32,000 nt of DNA from Patescibacteria group bacterium (lineage in GTDB: Bacteria; Patescibacteriota; UBA1384; XYA2-FULL-43-10): positions 120,001 through 152,000 of the forward strand of contig JBAYVT010000001.1 in the NCBI GenBank assembly GCA_041674405.1. Reading direction: 5' to 3'. The translations under genes were made by a program, and so were the position numbers. The notes below the pieces were generated by a model that searched no databases, was not told where the DNA came from, and saw only the letters and a program-made list of their open reading frames with translations. Each line of letters starts with the position of its first letter. The stretch's first letter is position 1. This document shows, one piece after another, positions 24,267-29,007 of the stretch.

Positions 24267-25127
24267 TCAGTTTGGAGAAATACCTCCAGGGGTAAGAGAA
24301 AACCCGATTGTGCCATCTCGGTCGGTGCGGTAGTCTTGGATATTTCGGGAATTTAATAAATCAAGAGTTGCTGCATGCGGATGGCCATATTTATTCTCCA
24401 CGCCAACCTCAATAACTGCCACCTGAGGATTGATTTCGTTCAGTGTTGTGGCATTTGTCCCGTTTGTCGAGCCATGGTGAGAAATTTTCAAAAGATCGGC
24501 AGAATAATCTACATTATTTGCTTTTAACTGAGCATATGCAATTGCCTGTTCGTCGGTTTCCATATCGCCGAGAAAATCGGCGCAATGAGAAAATTCGCAA
24601 AAACGGACAAATTCCGAAGTATTGTTCAGGTTATCTCCTGAGATTCCCAAATATTTCTTGCCCGGCCAAAGAAATTGCAATTCAGCATCGCCAAAAACAG
24701 AAATCTTGTCTCCAATTTCCGGAATGGACATTGGGATATTTTTAGATGTAACAGCGTTCAAAAAATTAAGATATTGATCACTTGTTGTGATAGAACCGGA
24801 TGAATAAATCTGCCCAACCTCATATCTTTGAATGATTTGATTAATTCCAGTTAAGTGGTCTGCATGAGGATGAGTCAAAATGACGATGTCAATTCTTCGA
24901 TCAGTGATCGGCATGATTTTTCCAATTTCTGAAAGGATGCTGTCATCCGGACCGCCATCGATAAGAATTTGATAATCACCTTTTTGTATCAGTTCCGCAT
25001 CCCCTTGGCCAACATTTAAGAAATATATATTGAGACTATCTGTTGTGGGGCTTTTGGCGATTGTAACCCAAAGAAAAATCAAAATTATTATCAAAACCCC
25101 CAATATAATTTTTGTGATTCTTCTCAT
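24267..25127 (-). CDS. Membrane-anchored MBL-fold metallo-hydrolase (the ComEC C-terminal beta-lactamase-like domain, encoded as a separate ORF)
   Basis: It has a TM anchor ILGVLIIILIFLWVTI. It then shows YFLNVGQGDAELIQ, ILTHPHADHLTG and KISHHGS (MBL motifs as in the ComEC C-terminus). Its ATG (25127-25125) overlaps the TGA (25126-24) of the upstream ComEC ORF. Confidence 0.8.
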   Translation of the reverse strand: MRRITKIILGVLIIILIFLWVTIAKSPTTDSLNIYFLNVGQGDAELIQKGDYQILIDGGPDDSILSEIGKIMPITDRRIDIVILTHPHADHLTGINQIIQRYEVGQIYSSGSITTSDQYLNFLNAVTSKNIPMSIPEIGDKISVFGDAELQFLWPGKKYLGISGDNLNNTSEFVRFCEFSHCADFLGDMETDEQAIAYAQLKANNVDYSADLLKISHHGSTNGTNATTLNEINPQVAVIEVGVENKYGHPHAATLDLLNSRNIQDYRTDRDGTIGFSLTPGGISPN

Positions 25128-26668
25128 AAAATTATTCTAAATTTTCTAATACCAAAAAACAAAAAAATTATTATGCAAGAATAAAGAAATAAAACTAAAA
25201 CAATTGAATTTTGGCCAAATTCGAACGATGAAAACGGCAGCACTGAAGCGATTTCAGTAGCCTTGATAACATATGTTAAAACTGGCCAAGCGAGTAATGC
25301 AAGAATTTTTCCCAAATAATAGTATATTATTCCTGATAGGCCAGCAATGAACGAGACCAGCATGGCAAGTGGCAGAATCCAAAGAACCAGAAAATTAGCA
25401 ATCGGAGCAATCAGCGAAAACCTACCAAAAACATAGATAATGAGTGGAAAAACAGCGATTTGTGCCGATAGGGTTTCAACGAATGGTAATTTTATCCAAT
25501 CGGGCCAGTTTCGAAATCTTGATGAATCAAATAGCCTTGAAATGATAGGAGAGAAATAAATTAGGCCAGCAAATGCAAGAAACGAAAGCTGAAAACCAAT
25601 ATCATTTGTAAGAATAAAGGGATTTGCAAGAATCATAATTATTGCCGCAAGCAACATCATATTTGTCTGATCTGCTTTGCGGCCAACTGTCGACCCATAA
25701 ATTACCAACGTTGAAAATATTCCCGCCCTTATCACACTTGAGGCAGCACCAGTCATGATCACAAACAATGTTACAAGCACGACTCCGGCCCAGAAAGTTT
25801 TTCTTTTTCCTAGATGCTGGACAAGTAATTGTGAAAAAACCAGCATGATTATTGTCACGTTATATCCAGAAAGTGCAACAATATGGGTTAGGCCGGTTCT
25901 GTTTAAATCATCGGTTAAATCGGCTGGAATATTTCTCTTGATTCCAAGAACAAGTCCCGCGGCAAGCGATGCTTGGGGTTCCGGGAGAATACTATTGATC
26001 GACTGCTCAAAGTATGATGATATCATATACAATATCCTGATTGAATGCGTAATCATACTCTGATTTTTTCCACTTTTAAATACTGAATCAGGATTTTGAA
26101 TAATCCCCGAAACCAGATTTTTCTTAAGAAATTTTTTATACGATGGATCAATGCTGCTACTCGTGCTTGACTCCACATTTCCAGATAGCTCGACATAATC
26201 GCCATATTCAAGAATTGGAATTTTTGGCAAATCGGCCTGAATTCTTGGTTCGGAACTTGAAATAGTCGTGCCATCGACATTTTTTACTGAAATTTCGACG
26301 CGTTGTTTTTCATAATCAACTTGCGGGTTATTTGCTATCATTCCGACAATTTTCACATCGCCAAATTTTGGCATCTCGGCCACCCGGCTCGAAAACAAGG
26401 AATAAAGCAATAAAGCTAAAAAAATTATTACAAATGACCAAGCAATGATAGTTAAAAGGCGATTTTTAAGTAGAAAATTTACAAGTGTGAAAAATATTAG
26501 AGATATGATGGTAAATAAAATAATTTGCCATGATCGAGCAAAATCAACAGCAGTGTATGACGAGATAAAAATCCCTACAATAAATACTAGAGCATAAATT
26601 GTAAACACTCGATATGGCGGAATCATTTTTGATTGTAATGTTTTCATCGCTGTTGAAAACCCATTCAT
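25124..26668 (-). CDS. comEC: ComEC/Rec2 DNA internalisation channel, N-terminal OB (DUF4131-like) + competence domain only
   Basis: It has a polytopic membrane part. An OB-like soluble loop (VKIVGMIANNPQVDYEKQRVEISV...GDYVELSGNVE) is followed by the competence-domain core LAAGLVLGIKRNIPADLTDDLNRTGLTHIVALSGYNVTII. Confidence 0.85.
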   Translation of the reverse strand: MNGFSTAMKTLQSKMIPPYRVFTIYALVFIVGIFISSYTAVDFARSWQIILFTIISLIFFTLVNFLLKNRLLTIIAWSFVIIFLALLLYSLFSSRVAEMPKFGDVKIVGMIANNPQVDYEKQRVEISVKNVDGTTISSSEPRIQADLPKIPILEYGDYVELSGNVESSTSSSIDPSYKKFLKKNLVSGIIQNPDSVFKSGKNQSMITHSIRILYMISSYFEQSINSILPEPQASLAAGLVLGIKRNIPADLTDDLNRTGLTHIVALSGYNVTIIMLVFSQLLVQHLGKRKTFWAGVVLVTLFVIMTGAASSVIRAGIFSTLVIYGSTVGRKADQTNMMLLAAIIMILANPFILTNDIGFQLSFLAFAGLIYFSPIISRLFDSSRFRNWPDWIKLPFVETLSAQIAVFPLIIYVFGRFSLIAPIANFLVLWILPLAMLVSFIAGLSGIIYYYLGKILALLAWPVLTYVIKATEIASVLPFSSFEFGQNSIVLVLFLYSCIIIFLFFGIRKFRIIL

Positions 26669-26712
26669 TTTGTTATATTATCTATGATTGATGGTAAATA
26701 AGAAATACGACA

Positions 26713-27198
26713 ATGAAAAAACGAGATAAACAAATTGACGAGGTCAAGGAGCTGGAAGCCAAAGTCGCCGAACTCACAGCCGGTTGGCAGAGGACACAAG
26801 CCGATTTTATGAACTATAAAAAACAGGCTGCTGAAGACCGGGCAAAATTGATCGAATCTGCATGCTCTGCACTTATTTATGATATTCTGCCGGTCTTGGA
26901 TCACTTTCAACTCGCAGCTAGACATCTACCAAAAGATCTTGAAAATAATGACTGGGCAATCGGAATCAAGCATATAGAGAAACAATTCGAGACTATACTC
27001 TCCGAGAATGGTCTGACAAAAATCGAAACTGTCGGAAAACAATTTGATCCTCACTTACATGAAGCTGTGGAAGAGGTCGAATCCGACGAGCCAGAAGGAA
27101 CTATTGCCGAAGAAACTTTGGCAGGATATGCATTCAATGGATCTGTGCTGCGTGCAGCCAAAGTAAAAGTTGTAAAAAATATTCCACCAAAGAGCTAA
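26713..27198 (+). CDS. grpE: Nucleotide exchange factor GrpE
   Basis: It has a coiled-coil N-terminus. It then shows WQRTQADFMNYKKQ, ILPVLDHF and GKQFDPHLHEAV...GYAFNGSVLRAAKVKV. Confidence 0.93.
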   Translation: MKKRDKQIDEVKELEAKVAELTAGWQRTQADFMNYKKQAAEDRAKLIESACSALIYDILPVLDHFQLAARHLPKDLENNDWAIGIKHIEKQFETILSENGLTKIETVGKQFDPHLHEAVEEVESDEPEGTIAEETLAGYAFNGSVLRAAKVKVVKNIPPKS

Positions 27199-27208
27199 GA
27201 GCCAATAC

Positions 27209-27242
27209 CCGCAATGAGGTTAATTTTGCGGACATATTTTTT
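27209..27242 (+). terminator. Weak candidate terminator after grpE
   Basis: The stem is CCGCAA (27209-14) / TTGCGG (27226-31) with an 11-nt loop. After a 5-nt spacer there is a T6 run (27237-42). The stem is short and the spacer is atypical. Confidence 0.3.
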
Positions 27243-27317
27243 CGTGGTGAAGCTGATGAATAGGATATCAGCACCCATACGGGAAGTCAGCCGGTTCGAT
27301 TCCGGCCACCGCGACCA
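27243..27317 (+). ncRNA. tRNA-like RNA lacking an anticodon arm (degenerate tRNA or novel tRNA-like ncRNA)
   Basis: The acceptor stem is CGTGGTG (27243-49) / CACCGCG (27307-13): 7 bp, one U-G. It is followed by discriminator A and an encoded CCA (27315-17). The T arm is GCCGG-TTCGATT-CCGGC (27290-306). The D-like arm is GCTG(AT)...(AT)CAGC (27252-72) with GG in the loop. Only 16 nt lie between the D-like arm and the T arm (a CCC-ATAC-GGG mini-hairpin plus AAGTCA), where a 17-nt anticodon arm plus a variable loop is expected. Confidence 0.6.
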
Positions 27318-27375
27318 TTCGACTCGTTTCACTCGCTCATGGCAAGCCAAAACGAAAAGTGAATCCATTCGACTC
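27315..27375 (+). repeat. 11-nt direct repeat CCATTCGACTC (two copies, 50 nt apart); the first copy begins at the CCA end of the tRNA-like RNA
   Basis: There are exact copies at 27315-27325 and 27365-27375. GCTCATGG is also duplicated (27335-42, 27407-14). Confidence 0.8.
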
Positions 27376-27396
27376 TCTTTGCTCAGCCCAAATGGT

Positions 27397-27448
27397 CCCC
27401 TTCGGGGCTCATGGTAAACCGTCTGCCTCACCGATTATGGTGGGGCAG
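27397..27448 (+). other. Two stable hairpins in the non-coding spacer upstream of the RNHCP gene
   Basis: The first is CCCC-TTCG-GGGG (27397-27408, a UUCG tetraloop). The second is a 10-bp stem CTGCCTCACC / GGTGGGGCAG (27423-32 / 27439-48, one U-G) with loop GATTAT. Confidence 0.5.
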
Positions 27449-27473
27449 AATCCTAATAAGGTATAATGAAGCC

Positions 27474-27941
27474 ATGCAACAAAAAACGAAAAAAGATACT
27501 ATTGAAGAACGCAATGGCGGATTCGCCTGTGCGCATTGTAAGAAATGGGTAAATTTTTCTGACACGATCGGAACACATCATAGAAATCATTGCCCCTATT
27601 GCCTCTGGTCCCTGCACGTTGACGACAAAGTTTCCGGCGACCGCAAGGCAGACTGCCATAGTAGCATGGAGCCGATTGGATTGACGCTCAAAGAGGAAGG
27701 AATCGACAAATACGGGAACAAGAAACAGGGTGATGTGATGATTATTCATCAGTGTAAAAAATGTAGCAAAATTTCAATCAACCGCATCGCCGCCGATGAT
27801 GGCAATGAAAAAATATTAGATCTATTGAACTATAAAATTGATTCTAAAACAAAAAAAGATCTCAGGGACTCTTCTATTGTTGTACTCAATCAATCAAATT
27901 ATCCAGAAATTAAAACAGCTCTAATCGGTAAGAACATTTGA
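27474..27941 (+). CDS. RNHCP-domain zinc-ribbon protein, function unknown
   Basis: It shows CAHCKKWV...HHRNHCPYCLWSLHVD...IHQCKKCSKISINRIAADD; the literal RNHCP motif defines this Pfam family as I recall it. I place the start at ATG 27474 (MQQKTKK). The track's upstream extension (27411-27473) runs through the hairpins. Confidence 0.78.
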   Translation: MQQKTKKDTIEERNGGFACAHCKKWVNFSDTIGTHHRNHCPYCLWSLHVDDKVSGDRKADCHSSMEPIGLTLKEEGIDKYGNKKQGDVMIIHQCKKCSKISINRIAADDGNEKILDLLNYKIDSKTKKDLRDSSIVVLNQSNYPEIKTALIGKNI

Positions 27942-28541
27942 GGGAGTTTCTTCTAGGTGTTTGATGTCGTTAATAGTCTTTATGGAAATTTTTTTGTTTT
28001 CATCAATCAGTACGACACTAATGCTGGTATTGGCAATTTCTGTAAGCTTGCTGCCAATTTCTTGATCAATGTAACAAAATAAATTCTTGAGCCAAATCCC
28101 GTGTGTTACAGCTAAAATTGTTTTATCCGAATAATCATTTGCGATCATCTTAATAAATTTCTTGACACGTATAAGCACGTCAGTGTCATTTTCGCCTCCC
28201 TCTGGGCAAAAATCTTCCTTAGACAGGCCCGAACTTAATCTCGCCTCCTCACGCAGCACCGACAATTTACCTTCAAATATTCCGCTTCCTTTCTCTCGAA
28301 GCAAAGGCTCGTAAATAACCGGAAGGTCTGAGTGATATTTCAAAATTTCTTTAATAGTATCTTTGGTCCTTTTTAGATCGCTACAAAAAGCGATGTCAAA
28401 GTGTTGGTCTTTTAATCTCTCTCCAACTTTTCTCGCTTGTTCGGCTCCGATTTCGGAAAGTGGGTTATGGGAATGTCCCTGAACAATTTTTTGGTCATTG
28501 TAGCCAGTATGTCCATGGCGGACAAATACGAGATTAATCAT
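27921..28541 (-). CDS. Histidine phosphatase superfamily protein (PGAM/branch 1-like)
   Basis: It shows MINLVFVRHGHTGYN (RHG catalytic motif), a SDLKRTKDT region, and AVTHGIWLKN (second catalytic His). Its start overlaps the GNAT stop by 8 nt. Confidence 0.86.
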   Translation of the reverse strand: MINLVFVRHGHTGYNDQKIVQGHSHNPLSEIGAEQARKVGERLKDQHFDIAFCSDLKRTKDTIKEILKYHSDLPVIYEPLLREKGSGIFEGKLSVLREEARLSSGLSKEDFCPEGGENDTDVLIRVKKFIKMIANDYSDKTILAVTHGIWLKNLFCYIDQEIGSKLTEIANTSISVVLIDENKKISIKTINDIKHLEETPSNVLTD

Positions 28542-29007
28542 TGAGTTCCTTAATATATTTCACCAGCCAAAAGGTTTCGTCTGATTTGTTAGTAATTTTG
28601 CGATCGCTCAAAAATTTAAACCCGTTTTTTAGATAGAAGGCCCGTGTTCTATTATATGGTTCCCAATCTTCTTTGTCAGATAACGTTTCCACAGTAATCT
28701 TTTTGACTTCCAGATTTCGCGCTGCCTTCTCAACCTTTTCAAGTAATTGCCCACCTACTCCCTTACGATGAGAATTCAAGTTGACACCTAGCCAGGTAAT
28801 TTTAATATCCCCCTCCTCGGATGAAAAAGTAATAAATCCAACAATTTTGCCATCATTTTCGGCAGCAAAACCATGATGCAATTTTAGATCAAGCGGAATT
28901 TCGTTCGAGATTGCATAATCATCAAACCAACCGGGATTTAGGGATTTTACAACCTTCATTACTCCGTCATGGTCGATTAGCTCAATCGGCCTAATTTTTA
29001 TAGTCAT
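28534..29007 (-). CDS. GNAT family N-acetyltransferase
   Basis: It shows ...GFITFSSEE...WLGVNLNSHRKGVGGQLLEKVEKAARNLEVKKI...AFYLKNGF (the acetyl-CoA binding R-x-x-G-x-G motif). Its ATG (29007) directly follows the ileS TAA (29010-29008). Confidence 0.85.
   Translation of the reverse strand: MTIKIRPIELIDHDGVMKVVKSLNPGWFDDYAISNEIPLDLKLHHGFAAENDGKIVGFITFSSEEGDIKITWLGVNLNSHRKGVGGQLLEKVEKAARNLEVKKITVETLSDKEDWEPYNRTRAFYLKNGFKFLSDRKITNKSDETFWLVKYIKELND

Noticed and set aside
24203-24316. The N-terminal 38-codon extension of the YebC ORF given by the ORF track.
   Set aside because: YebC family proteins start at MSGHSKW, which is found at ATG 24202. The extension overlaps the 3' end of the MBL gene and is not conserved-looking.
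26669-26712. A CIRCE/HrcA operator or heat-shock promoter upstream of grpE.
   Set aside because: The 44-nt divergent spacer has no TTAGCACTC-N9-GAGTGCTAA-like inverted repeat. grpE also stands alone here, without hrcA, dnaK or dnaJ neighbours, so there is nothing to support a regulatory call.
27243-27317. Calling this a canonical tRNA gene with an isotype.
   Set aside because: I tried every register and could not build a 5-bp anticodon stem with a 7-nt loop. Only 16 nt lie between the D-like arm and the T arm. The only 7-nt loop obtainable (AAUAGGA, on an extended D-like stem) lacks U33 and would leave the molecule without a D arm.
27315-27375. The 11-nt direct repeat at the tRNA-like 3' end as attL/attR of an integrated element.
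   Set aside because: The copies are only 50 nt apart and enclose no genes. No integrase or other mobile-element gene is in the window, and 11 nt is short. A local tandem duplication is a simpler explanation.
27243-27470. tmRNA (standard or circularly permuted) formed by the tRNA-like element plus the downstream structured region.
   Set aside because: The acceptor stem closes within 75 nt, so there is no room for a tag ORF and pseudoknots inside it. For a permuted gene I found no downstream 5' acceptor strand ([C/T]G[C/T]GGTG). There is no G3-U70 alanine identity pair (here U3-G70). There is also no plausible tag reading frame ending in hydrophobic residues.
27411-27473. The upstream start (ATG 27411) for the RNHCP protein, and ORFs 27214..27417(+) and 27195..27431(-).
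   Set aside because: These reading frames run through the tRNA-like element and the stable hairpins. They encode Arg/Trp/Ser-rich nonsense and lack SD sequences.
28534-29007. The GNAT as a TacT/AtaT/ItaT-type toxin of a toxin-antitoxin pair.
   Set aside because: There is no small RHH or antitoxin-like ORF adjacent, because the gene is flanked directly by ileS and the phosphatase. The sequence looks like a generic RimI-type GNAT. I kept this only as a low-weight hypothesis in the findings.
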